From the IMG/VR virus record IMGVR_UViG_3300010998_000026, positions 1-64,000 of that record: a stretch of DNA of 64,000 bases; one strand, 5' to 3'. Numbering within the stretch: position 1 is the first letter of the stretch; every line of letters starts with the position of its first letter. Positions 1-8,972 of this stretch are shown one piece after another. The stretch is from a virus. Taxonomy: Duplodnaviria; Caudoviricetes. A model generated the notes under the pieces. It had not been told where the DNA came from. It was given only the letters and a program-made list of their open reading frames with translations, and searched no databases. A program made the position numbers and the translations under genes.

Positions 1-11
1 TATATAATATA

Positions 12-103
12 ATATAATTACGAGCAATGCGCGAAGCGCATTGCGAGTAATTATATTTCCGCGTTCCGCGCAGCGGAACGGCAATGACGCGAAGCGGCAT
101 TGC
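12..103. repeat. Three tandem GC-rich hairpins with GC-GNA-GC triloops (origin-like)
   Basis: Inverted repeats at 12-56 (loop GCGAAGC 31-37), 62-80 (GCGCAGC 68-74) and 81-103 (GCGAAGC 89-95). Confidence 0.8.
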
Positions 104-107
104 GACT

Positions 108-226
108 TATAATAAATAAAAATAAATAAAAATAAATTTTAAATAAAATTAAATAAATAAATAAAAATAATTTTAAATAAAAATAAATAAAAAATAAATA
201 AATAAAAATAAAAATAAATAAAATTT
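108..226. repeat. AT-only low-complexity tract of AATAAA(T)AAA repeats
   Basis: About 120 bp made only of A/T directly after the hairpins. Confidence 0.9.
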
Positions 227-515
227 CATATTGTAAAAATTTGGAAAAATTGGTAATTTCTGGTTGAATTTTTATACAAAAAATACAAATAATTATACAA
301 TTTTACTATAAAAAAATTATAGTAGAAGCCTTATCGGATAAGGCGTGAAGTCAAAATTTGCACTCCCATCTAATATACTAAAAATTTCCTATATATAATT
401 TTTTCCTAATTTTTTTACATACCTATTCCCGTAGTCCCTACCCCAATTTTTGTTCCACTTTCTTCTCCTTTCTTTTTTATTTCAGTATACGAGGTACTTG
501 TATGTAATCTATTAT

Positions 516-544
516 TTGACTTTTTATAATTTTTATGGTATAAT
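516..544 (+). promoter_or_regulatory. sigmaA/sigma70-type promoter
   Basis: TTGACT-17 bp-TATAAT with extended TG. Confidence 0.8.
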
Positions 545-647
545 TTTTATAGAAAAAGAAAAGAAGTTGGAATTTCAATTTCATTTTCAATTTCAATATA
601 TATTTTAAGGTAGCCCAAAACTCTACCCTATTTGAAGGAGGACCCCG

Positions 648-986
648 ATGCAATTCAAAGAAATAATTGATAAAACAAAAAAGATTTGTGATTACTATGA
701 AGATGAATGTGAAAATTGTCCTATTAATAACTATTGCGATCATTTACTAACTTTAAATCCAAATGAAATTGAAGATTTTGAAAATCTTGTAAGTAAATGG
801 CAACCCAATATATATCCCACGTTATTAGAATTAATTCACTATATGTTTCCAGATAAGAAAAATATGCAATTACATGAAATTGTACGTTTAAGAATACCTG
901 AAAAAATTGCTAAAGAATTTGGTATTATTCCTATCAATGAAGGTGGTTTAAATAAATATACAGATTTTGGGAGTGAATGGCGATGA
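648..986 (+). CDS. Hypothetical phage protein (Cys-rich N-terminus)
   Basis: RBS AAGGAGG; ORF track; TGA stop. Confidence 0.75.
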   Translation: MQFKEIIDKTKKICDYYEDECENCPINNYCDHLLTLNPNEIEDFENLVSKWQPNIYPTLLELIHYMFPDKKNMQLHEIVRLRIPEKIAKEFGIIPINEGGLNKYTDFGSEWR

Positions 987-1192
987 ATTGTAATTCAATT
1001 GAAGATATTATTAAATTAATTATGGATAGAGATAATATTTCCTATAACGAGGCCCGTTATATGGTAGAAGATTGTCAGTGTGAGTTAGATTATATTACTT
1101 CGCGCAGCGGTTCTTATGAGGAAGCTGTCGATGCGGTTTATTTAATTTTAGGCTTAGAGCCAGATTATTTAGATATTCTACTTGGCTACTAA
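983..1192 (+). CDS. Hypothetical phage protein
   Basis: ORF track; overlaps the previous stop; start could be 977 or 983. Confidence 0.7.
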   Translation: MNCNSIEDIIKLIMDRDNISYNEARYMVEDCQCELDYITSRSGSYEEAVDAVYLILGLEPDYLDILLGY

Positions 1193-1439
1193 TGCATAGT
1201 AGACAATCTTCTTAATTAAACCATATTCATAGTATGTTCCGGCCGCAAAGAATGAGATTATACATTATATTTATAGAATAAATAATAGATAGTATGCTGT
1301 TGTTGAAACAACTTTAGATTGGGGTTAGCCGCAATTGGGACTACCTATTGAAGAATAGGACAATTATGGTTATTGCTTATATCAAAGTTTAGATGATGCG
1401 ATGACATATGCTAAGATGTTAAAGGAGATTAATAAATGA
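1182..1439 (+). CDS. Hypothetical protein (code 15; 6 in-frame TAG)
   Basis: Frame TTG GCT ACT AAT GCA TAG TAG ... AAT AAA TGA is open only if TAG is sense; fills the gap and overlaps the next ATG; start uncertain. Confidence 0.55.
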
Positions 1440-1933
1440 GTATGAATGTATTGAAAGATTTCCCATATAGACCTCGCTATTACCTTACTCATCCTTGGAA
1501 ATTTGCGCGCGAATGTTTTATTAATTTAAAAAATGCGTGGATGCGCATTACGCGTGGCTGGTGTTATACAGATTTATGGGATATGAATGACTATCTTACT
1601 AATATTATAATTGATATGTTTCGCAATCTTGCGTATGGGGCTCATGGGTATCCAGGCGTTGAACCTTTTGAAACTCCAGAAAAATGGACTTCATGGCTTT
1701 ATTACATCGCGGGTGAACTTGAAGTAAGCAAGGAAGAAAATTATGAGCGGCGTAATGAATATTATGATGAATATGTGAAGCAATTTGAAGATAAAAATTG
1801 GGCTAGCCGCGAAAGTACAGAAATTGATAGGTTGTACTTCGCGCGCGATAAAGAACTTGCGGCTGAAGCTAAGGAAAGACGAACTAAAGCTTTGATGGGG
1901 ATCGTACAATTTTGGGACTATCTATGGGATTAA
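1436..1933 (+). CDS. Hypothetical phage protein
   Basis: RBS AAGGAG; 165 aa ORF. Confidence 0.8.
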   Translation: MSMNVLKDFPYRPRYYLTHPWKFARECFINLKNAWMRITRGWCYTDLWDMNDYLTNIIIDMFRNLAYGAHGYPGVEPFETPEKWTSWLYYIAGELEVSKEENYERRNEYYDEYVKQFEDKNWASRESTEIDRLYFARDKELAAEAKERRTKALMGIVQFWDYLWD

Positions 1934-1948
1934 GAGGTGAATTTCATT

Positions 1949-2146
1949 TTGAAACTATTATCACTAACTTATCCAGGTTCTATAATGATATGCCCTGATT
2001 GCGGTGCCCTCTTTTCTTATAATTAGAATGATATAAATGAAAATCATTTTGTATATTGTCCGGCCTGTCATATAAGATAGCGTGTAAAATTAGATTTGAG
2101 TTATGATGGAGAAATAAAAAATGATAGCAACATTAAAAAAGAATAA
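1949..2146 (+). CDS. Small zinc-ribbon protein (code 15)
   Basis: RBS GAGGTG, TTG start; CPDC...CPAC; 2 in-frame TAG; TAA stop. Confidence 0.65.
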
Positions 2147-2342
2147 GAATGGAGATTATTATTGTTCTGAATGTATGATGCGGCAACCAGTAATAGGGCC
2201 TATTTGCTCTTTCTGTGAATATGAGTTCTCTAATTATGAATAGATAATGATAGAAATTTTACAAAATCTTATAGTAGATCATTAGGAATATAGTACAAAT
2301 AAATATAAACAAGTAAAATATAAAAACATGTTGCATTTTTAA
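2121..2342 (+). CDS. Small zinc-ribbon protein (code 15)
   Basis: RBS GGAG; CSEC...CSFC; 2 in-frame TAG. Confidence 0.6.
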
Positions 2343-2358
2343 TTGGAGGAAATTAAAA

Positions 2359-2562
2359 ATGAAAGTAAAAGTTAAATACATTCTTGAAACTGAATATGAG
2401 TTCACCAATAATGAATAGTTATCATATTCTCAAGATGAAAGTGAAACTCCCGAAAGTTGGGCCTGCAATTGGATTAAAGAAGATTTTTATAAAGTAGAAA
2501 ACCGTGCAAGTAATGTTTTGCCGCCATATAAATCAATGCTTTTCTTTGATTTTAAAGAATAA
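2359..2562 (+). CDS. Hypothetical protein (code 15)
   Basis: RBS GGAGG; 1 in-frame TAG; TAA stop. Confidence 0.65.
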
Positions 2563-2584
2563 GAATAATCTTATTCTTTTTTAT

Positions 2585-2613
2585 TTGACTTTCAATTAAA
2601 TTTATGGTATAAT
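2585..2613 (+). promoter_or_regulatory. sigmaA-type promoter
   Basis: TTGACT-17-TATAAT. Confidence 0.8.
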
Positions 2614-2642
2614 AAATTATAAAGAAAAAGGAGGAAATATGT

Positions 2643-2861
2643 ATGACTAATATGGAATTGCATAACTTACTTCTTAATCATTGGCATGAAAATGGCCCAG
2701 TAGAATTGCGGCCAGATTTTGAATTTGAAAGTCTTTTTAAAAGGCAAGAATGTAATTGTTGGAATATAAATAGTTTCCCATTTCATATGGAGTGGAAGTA
2801 TTGTCCTCAATGCGGCAAAATTATTAATATAAAAAATATTATTGGAGAAAAAAATGATTAA
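2643..2861 (+). CDS. Zinc-ribbon hypothetical protein
   Basis: RBS AGGAGG; YCPQCG motif. Confidence 0.75.
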   Translation: MTNMELHNLLLNHWHENGPVELRPDFEFESLFKRQECNCWNINSFPFHMEWKYCPQCGKIINIKNIIGEKND

Positions 2862-3096
2862 CGCGGAGCATATTCGTAATATTATGCCTACAAAAGAAAG
2901 TAGATATATAAAAAAGCAAATGAAAATAATTGAAAAAGAAATTATTAAACACGCAAAAAGAGGATTAACTTATTATTTATGTTCAACTAATGATTATCCA
3001 TCGTTGGTTTTTGAACAATTACAACAAGAAGGTTTTTGGGTTTATATTAGTAAAATATCAGATGTTGTAGAAATACGTTGGGATAAGAAAGGATAA
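2854..3096 (+). CDS. Hypothetical protein
   Basis: RBS GGAG before ATG ATT AAC; ORF track. Confidence 0.7.
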   Translation: MINAEHIRNIMPTKESRYIKKQMKIIEKEIIKHAKRGLTYYLCSTNDYPSLVFEQLQQEGFWVYISKISDVVEIRWDKKG

Positions 3097-3102
3097 AATT
3101 AA

Positions 3103-3402
3103 ATGGTTACAAAACAAGAACTTATTGTGTATATGAATGCCTCACGCGGACGAGATTTTAATAAAAGATATTATAATTTTTTTACTGATATGCGTCAGGC
3201 TGCGGATTCAGGTAGAGACTATGTAATTTTTGAAAATACTAAACTTACAGAAGAATTTCTTGAATATCTTTTAAAAGAAGAATTTTCAGTATATAAAAAA
3301 AGTCATTTATATGACAATAAATGGCTTCCAATTACAGATAAAAAAGAAACACTTTATCCAAATGAAACTATTCTAATTTCTTGGGGCGAAGAAAATGAGT
3401 AA
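3103..3402 (+). CDS. Hypothetical protein
   Basis: ORF track, RBS AAGGA. Confidence 0.75.
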   Translation: MVTKQELIVYMNASRGRDFNKRYYNFFTDMRQAADSGRDYVIFENTKLTEEFLEYLLKEEFSVYKKSHLYDNKWLPITDKKETLYPNETILISWGEENE

Positions 3403-3709
3403 ATTTAGAAAATGGTTAATCCATAAACTTGGCGGCATTCTTAAAAGCGAACAAATAATTAATGAGTATAAAATTACTCAAAATGTATGCCCCATTATTA
3501 CACTTGCAGATAATCAATTAATTGATAATTATACTCTTACTCAATTTATTGGTAATGAACACGCACTTGAAAATGAAATAAAGGAACAAATTGCTTACCA
3601 TATTAGCCAACATATGTTAGCACAAAACCTAATTCATTTTGATGAAGAAGAAGTTCATTATGGTAAAATTATTCGCGGCACTGCAAAATTTGTAAAAGAT
3701 TGGAGGTAA
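3395..3709 (+). CDS. Hypothetical protein
   Basis: ORF track, coupled overlap with the previous gene. Confidence 0.75.
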   Translation: MSKFRKWLIHKLGGILKSEQIINEYKITQNVCPIITLADNQLIDNYTLTQFIGNEHALENEIKEQIAYHISQHMLAQNLIHFDEEEVHYGKIIRGTAKFVKDWR

Positions 3710-3712
3710 ATT

Positions 3713-3976
3713 ATGGAAGAAATTAAACCTTGCCCTGTTTGCGGCAGTACAGATGTACGTTATTATGAAGAAGGTCTGGCCCGTCGTGATGAAAATGATT
3801 TTTGGTTTGTTGAAGAAACTGTTTCTGAATGTCTAGAATGTAATAATTGTGGGCATGTAGCAGAAGGACGTACTTATTATAATTTAATAAAAACTTGGAA
3901 TGAGGGAGAGCTTCCTGAATGGGAGAAAGCAATAAAAGAAAAATATGACAAAAAAAGAGCTAATCCGTAGGATTGA
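3713..3976 (+). CDS. Lar (restriction alleviation)-like zinc-ribbon protein
   Basis: IKPCPVCG...ECNNCG...IKTWN pattern; the TAG at 3968 reads through to TGA at 3974-3976 in code 15. Confidence 0.6.
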
Positions 3977-4175
3977 AATATGTCGCAGCGGCCTGTGTCA
4001 TAAATGCCCATATTTTAGCCGCGATAAAAATTGTACTGATACTTTGATAGATGATATATACTTCTTTTTAATAAATGAAGAAGAAGAAAGTATTATATGC
4101 CCTTATTGCAGTAACCCCTATTATCATAATTTACAAGACTCGCATATATGTTCTTATTGCGGTAGAGAATTTTAA
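3945..4175 (+). CDS. Cys-rich zinc-binding hypothetical protein
   Basis: CHKC, CPYC and CSYC motifs. Confidence 0.7.
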   Translation: MTKKELIRRIEICRSGLCHKCPYFSRDKNCTDTLIDDIYFFLINEEEESIICPYCSNPYYHNLQDSHICSYCGREF

Positions 4176-4186
4176 TAAAAATATAT

Positions 4187-4215
4187 TTGACAATTAATAA
4201 AAATTATAGTATAAT
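4187..4215 (+). promoter_or_regulatory. sigmaA-type promoter
   Basis: TTGACA-17-TATAAT. Confidence 0.8.
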
Positions 4216-4266
4216 ATAAATGTAAAAGAGAGAAATCTCAAAAAAAAAGAAAGAAGGATATTTAAA

Positions 4267-5220
4267 ATGAAGAAGATTTTTGCACTACTCCTAACCCTAT
4301 CTCTACTCGTATCTCTCGCCGCGGCGGAGTGTATCTCAGTATATCTGCCGCAGTCTGCAACTATGACAATCACAAATGAGACAATTTCATTCTATAATGC
4401 GGAAGCCGCGATTCTTCTCACAGAGAATCATAAACTTCCCGGAATTAAGAATATGAATGAAACAACTATTCATCTTTCAATGAATTACTTTACTGGTACT
4501 ACTTACATTCAGGGAATTGTAGATAATAAGGTAATTCGTGAAAAGGGTCTACAGTATGTAGAAGAATATGGTTATGGCTTCTCACGTGTTCCACTAACAG
4601 TAGAACTTGATGCGGAAGATATTACAGATGTTACAGCAATTGTAAATGAACGAGTGCAAGTTGACGAACTATGCGTCAATAGTGTTCTCGCGGCGGCAAT
4701 TTATCGTATTAATAACTATGCTGGCTATATCTTTTATACTAGCGATATGATTACGACTAGAGTAGGTACTCTACGTTATTATAATTACTGGATTCCTATT
4801 CTAAAGGGTGATATTGATTCTAATGGTCATTACGAACTTGGTTTCCCTCCTGGCGTAAATATTTACATCAATACTAATACAAATAATAATAGTACAGTTG
4901 TAGTTAATAATACAGTAGAAGAAGAAGTTAATTCTGTTGTAATTGTAAGTAATACTGGATGTTCTAATACTGCCACTGCTGATGTAATTGTAGAAGGTAA
5001 TAACAATGTAACAACTACAACTGCTGTCGCGGTTAAGGGCGACTATAATAATACTACCGTAGTTACAAATAACTCAAATAATTTTGCTTTAGTTAATCTT
5101 GTCTTTAATAATGAGAGTAATAATACAGTAGTAACTACAAATAGCGGCCAGCAAGAAATTTGTAGACCTTCACTATTTGTAGATGGTTCGCCGCGAAATT
5201 CAAATTCTGGATGTGGTTAA
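4267..5220 (+). CDS. Secreted protein with signal peptide and Asn/Thr/Val-rich C-terminus
   Basis: MKKIFALLLTLSLLVSLAAA signal peptide; NNTVV-type repeats; no internal TAG. Confidence 0.8.
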   Translation: MKKIFALLLTLSLLVSLAAAECISVYLPQSATMTITNETISFYNAEAAILLTENHKLPGIKNMNETTIHLSMNYFTGTTYIQGIVDNKVIREKGLQYVEEYGYGFSRVPLTVELDAEDITDVTAIVNERVQVDELCVNSVLAAAIYRINNYAGYIFYTSDMITTRVGTLRYYNYWIPILKGDIDSNGHYELGFPPGVNIYINTNTNNNSTVVVNNTVEEEVNSVVIVSNTGCSNTATADVIVEGNNNVTTTTAVAVKGDYNNTTVVTNNSNNFALVNLVFNNESNNTVVTTNSGQQEICRPSLFVDGSPRNSNSGCG

Positions 5221-5238
5221 AATCCACATCCTTTTTAT

Positions 5239-5267
5239 TTGACTTTTTGCGAAATTTATGTTATAAT
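5239..5267 (+). promoter_or_regulatory. sigmaA-type promoter
   Basis: TTGACT-17-TATAAT. Confidence 0.8.
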
Positions 5268-5297
5268 TTATATATAAGAGAGAAGAAAGGAGATCTT

Positions 5298-5723
5298 ATG
5301 AAAAAGTCTGACTATCACCTGTTTCAGCTCGCCCGCGAGTGTAGTTTGGAATCTGATTATACTGGCGGTGGACGAGCAAGAATTGGATGTGTTATTGCCT
5401 ATAAGGGTACCGTACTAGCTAAAGGTTGTAATACTGATAAAACTCATACAGAACAGATGAGATTTAATAATTTGCGCTATAAGGATAGCGGAAATAGGTA
5501 TCTACCAAGCAAATGCCATGCAGAAATTATGGCACTAAATAAAATTAAATACTTGGATATTGATTTCTCAAAAGTAAAATTATATGTATATCGTGAATTG
5601 CGTAATGGTAAATTAGCTATGTCTAAACCCTGCGCGGCTTGTACTGCCGCGGCGAAAGCATTGGGAATAAAGCATCTGTATTATACCACAGAAACAGGTT
5701 ATTGTCACGAAGAATTGTTATAA
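5298..5723 (+). CDS. Zinc-dependent nucleotide/tRNA deaminase family protein (dCMP deaminase/TadA-like fold)
   Basis: HAE and PCxxC catalytic motifs (CHAEI...KPCAAC); RBS AAAGGAG before ATG 5298. Confidence 0.8.
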   Translation: MKKSDYHLFQLARECSLESDYTGGGRARIGCVIAYKGTVLAKGCNTDKTHTEQMRFNNLRYKDSGNRYLPSKCHAEIMALNKIKYLDIDFSKVKLYVYRELRNGKLAMSKPCAACTAAAKALGIKHLYYTTETGYCHEELL

Positions 5724-5737
5724 AAAAGGAGAGTAAA

Positions 5738-6043
5738 ATGCGGTATCCTTGGAAAGATTGTATGGGAAGACTATTAACAATTGGTGACATTGTGATTGAT
5801 GAAAAAAATATGCGTGAAGGATATATAGAATATGATGCTAGACTATTGCCTTGTATCCATGTAACAGCAGAATATAAATATGGTGCTTGGATTGCAGTAG
5901 ATAATAAATGTGTAAAAGAAGCCTATCAACGCTCTTTATATGATGAAACTAAAAGTAAATTTTATTGGTGGCGTCATCATTATATTCTTCCTCATATTAC
6001 TATTGTAAAGAAAGGAAGGCGGCGACGTGCGATGGGTCTATAA
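5738..6043 (+). CDS. Hypothetical protein (YopX-like N-terminal motif)
   Basis: KDCMGRLLTIGDIV motif; RBS AAGGAG. Confidence 0.6.
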   Translation: MRYPWKDCMGRLLTIGDIVIDEKNMREGYIEYDARLLPCIHVTAEYKYGAWIAVDNKCVKEAYQRSLYDETKSKFYWWRHHYILPHITIVKKGRRRRAMGL

Positions 6044-6266
6044 AGATAATTTAATTTATTGTAGTAATTGTAATATTACTACTGAACGCATTACGCCATA
6101 TTGCCCTTGGTGCGGCAAAAAGATGGAAAATTTTGATACTAGGTATTGTGATTGTTATCATATAGAATATGGTATACCACGTTGTTGGGGCACAAAAGAA
6201 AAAGATATTTGTAGTTGTAATGGCTTTAAGAGAAATTGTAATTTTTATAAAGGAGAAAAGAAATGA
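6027..6266 (+). CDS. Zinc-ribbon hypothetical protein
   Basis: CSNC...YCPWCG. Confidence 0.7.
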   Translation: MRWVYKDNLIYCSNCNITTERITPYCPWCGKKMENFDTRYCDCYHIEYGIPRCWGTKEKDICSCNGFKRNCNFYKGEKK

Positions 6267-6646
6267 TTATTGTATTAGTAGCTCTATTTGGTCTTGTAGG
6301 TTTTATCCTTGTAAAAATTTCTCACGGCGAATGGGAAATTAAACATCTTGTAGGTTCAGTTATGATTGTATTTTCTGTTTTAGTTTGTCTTACTTTAATT
6401 TTTGCTCATATTATGTTTTTTGCAGATGCTGATGCAGAACAAGCAAGGCTACAGGCTAAATATGATACAATTATGTATCAGCTAGAAAATAATATTTATG
6501 AAGATGACAGGGCTTTAAGAGAGCTTATGGTAGAAATTACTGCATGGAACGCAACAATTGCAGACTGTCGAGTAAATCAAAATAATCTTTGGATTGGAAT
6601 TTTCTATCCTAAGATTTATAATAATTTTAATTTAATTACATTTTAA
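6263..6646 (+). CDS. Membrane protein (2 TM plus coiled coil)
   Basis: Two hydrophobic segments at the N-terminus. Confidence 0.75.
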   Translation: MIIVLVALFGLVGFILVKISHGEWEIKHLVGSVMIVFSVLVCLTLIFAHIMFFADADAEQARLQAKYDTIMYQLENNIYEDDRALRELMVEITAWNATIADCRVNQNNLWIGIFYPKIYNNFNLITF

Positions 6647-6659
6647 AGGAGAGCAAAAA

Positions 6660-7097
6660 ATGAATATTAATATTTCTCAGAAAGATTGTCAGTTTTATGT
6701 CGATGAAGAAAAGCGTAAGGTAATTTGTGTAATTCCCCACACGACAGAACTATTCCTAAGATATATTGATGAGTTTAATCTTATTATAATTAAAGCAGGG
6801 GATAAATTCTGGTCGGAACTTCTAATGCCTCATCGTTTTGTTGGTATTGCTACTTGCAGCGAAAATGATACTTTTGATCCTGAATTTGGTATGCAGCTTG
6901 CGTATCATAAGGCAAAGAGAAAGCTAAATACTAGTTTCTTTAAGCGTGCGCAAAAGTATGTTGATAGAATTGACAACGAATATACAAATATTGTTAATAG
7001 TTTTAATGATTTCGTCGAGCGCCTAGCTACTAATGATGAAGAGCGCGAAAAAAATATTGAGGAATATCTCAATAAGGAGACTGAAAATAACGAATGA
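6660..7097 (+). CDS. Hypothetical phage protein
   Basis: GIATCSENDTFDPEFGMQLA motif of a common phage family; RBS AAGGAG. Confidence 0.75.
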   Translation: MNINISQKDCQFYVDEEKRKVICVIPHTTELFLRYIDEFNLIIIKAGDKFWSELLMPHRFVGIATCSENDTFDPEFGMQLAYHKAKRKLNTSFFKRAQKYVDRIDNEYTNIVNSFNDFVERLATNDEEREKNIEEYLNKETENNE

Positions 7098-7261
7098 TTA
7101 CAGTTGGTGAATTAATTGATATGCTAAGTGAATACTCTGATGATTATCCAGTAATGATTGGGTATACACGCTTAAAGAATGTATATCTTGATGATAGTTT
7201 TTATTTTGGGGATTCTAAAAATCCCGCCCAAGCTATCGGCCCGGCAGTTATTTTAGAATAA
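7094..7261 (+). CDS. Small hypothetical protein (55 aa)
   Basis: MITVGELIDMLSEYSDDYPV...; ATGA overlap; TAA stop before the terminator. Confidence 0.7.
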   Translation: MITVGELIDMLSEYSDDYPVMIGYTRLKNVYLDDSFYFGDSKNPAQAIGPAVILE

Positions 7262-7267
7262 AAAAAT

Positions 7268-7304
7268 AAAAGGGGAAGAGGTTTATAACCTCTTCCCTTT
7301 TTTT
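7268..7304. terminator. Bidirectional intrinsic terminator
   Basis: AAAAGGGGAAGAGG-TTTATAA-CCTCTTCCCTTTTTTT between convergent genes. Confidence 0.9.
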
Positions 7305-8781
7305 ATTTATTTAAAAAATTATCTAATTCTTCCTAAAGAACATCTACTCTATTTAATAATGAACTTAATGAAGATTTAATATCTATTAATTCTTCTGTAA
7401 GTTTTTCATACTATACTATATCTTCTACTGGTTCTTCAGGAGGATTTATAGGATTAACAATTTTATTATACTCTACCTCAACACGCGCAAGTGTTACTGG
7501 CCCCGCCTTACCATCTTCTGTTAATCCATGGGCCTTCTAAAATGCTTTAACCGCGGCGGTAGTTTTTTTACCATATATACCATCTGCTTCACCACAATTA
7601 AAACCTAATTTATTTAATTTAATCTATAACTATCGAACGCCTTCACCTTGACTACCATTTTTATAAGAAGTCATCTTACTTACCTCCGTAATATCTTCTA
7701 AATTATTATAGAGCCCCTTAGGAATAGCATAATGCGTCCAAGAAGTATCATCAATAGAACCTTCTTTTACTTCGCCGGAACAATGAATAATAAATCCATC
7801 TCCAATATGTAATCCAGTATGGCTCATAACTCCATTTTTATATTTAAAAACACAACAAACTACATTTGGCATACCATTTTTTATTAAACCTTTCTATACC
7901 CAATAATTTCCGTTATACTATGTTGTCGCGCCTACTGCACTAATTGTTATACCTACCTATTTTAAGCACCAATATGTAAAACCGCGGCAATCAAATATCT
8001 ACATACCTTTATATTCGCAGCCATCACAACCAACCGCTTCTTTACTTAATACCTAACATTTACTTACTATTGAAGGATAAGAAGCATTGCGGCGGCGGTC
8101 TCTATTTTTAGGAGAGCAATCTTCTCCAACAGCGCCAAATACATATGGATAACCTAAACGAGAACGTGCAAGGTCAACAACAATATCCGCTTTTGATTTA
8201 CCATAATTATCACTTATATAAGTATTAGGATAATAAAAAGCAAGAATAGCTTCATATGTAATACCCTATTTTGCGGCATACATACATCCTCTCTAACTCA
8301 TACCAACACCAGAACCTGCACGAGCAAGCCCTACTGCCGCATCCCAAGGATCAGGCTGTGAAATTAAATATGGATAATCTTTGCCACCCCAACGCTCATA
8401 AGCAGATACAGTTTGACCGCCATTACTTGCTGTATAAATAGAATTAATAACTGTATCCTAATATTTTAAAACTAACCCCGCAGTCTATTTCGCGGCTTGA
8501 ATACAATTTGGATATCCATTCTCATTATAGCGTACTGCTCTATAACACTATGCTGTACTAGGAGAGTCAGAGATGGCTAGGCCGCGTAATACTCCTCTTG
8601 AAATAGCAAATGAGCGTGCGGCTATTGCTTGTGCTTTACAAGCCTCTAAATAACTATTACCAATTTCTGCCGCTACAACTGCCGCGACATATTCTTCAAA
8701 TTCAATATTAACAATAGTACCTACTTCTACATTATAAAACTATGCATTTTCTTGTCTTGTTAGTTGTACTTGTATTTCCAT
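7303..8781 (-). CDS. Multi-domain endolysin: SpoIID/LytB + NlpC/P60-like + peptidoglycan-binding domain (code 15, ~492 aa)
   Basis: EEYVAAVVAAEI...EACKAQAIAARSFA and GVGMSQ...ILAFYYP (SpoIID); LGYPYVFGA...DCRGF...HTGLHIG (NlpC/P60-like); LGFNCGEADGIYGKKT..AVKAFQ..GL..DG (PG_binding_1); about 15 in-frame TAG by manual count; RBS GGAGGTGG. Confidence 0.85.
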
Positions 8782-8972
8782 AGTACCACCTCCTTACTTT
8801 TTAGTAGTAAAACAATGACTAATATTTTGTAAAAAGTTTTGGTGTAAAAGTAAAAAAGAATGTTTTTGTTTTAGAGTTAATACTACTTTTATAGAGAAAT
8901 AACTCTCTTCACGAGAGTATTTTGAAAAGGTATTTATACGGCATAATGCCGAGGAAAAGGAGGGAAAAAGGA

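Noticed and set aside
108-226. AT-rich repeats as an assembly artefact or CRISPR leader
   Set aside because: No array follows, and the repeats are imperfect and adjacent to ordered hairpins; kept only as part of the origin-like locus.
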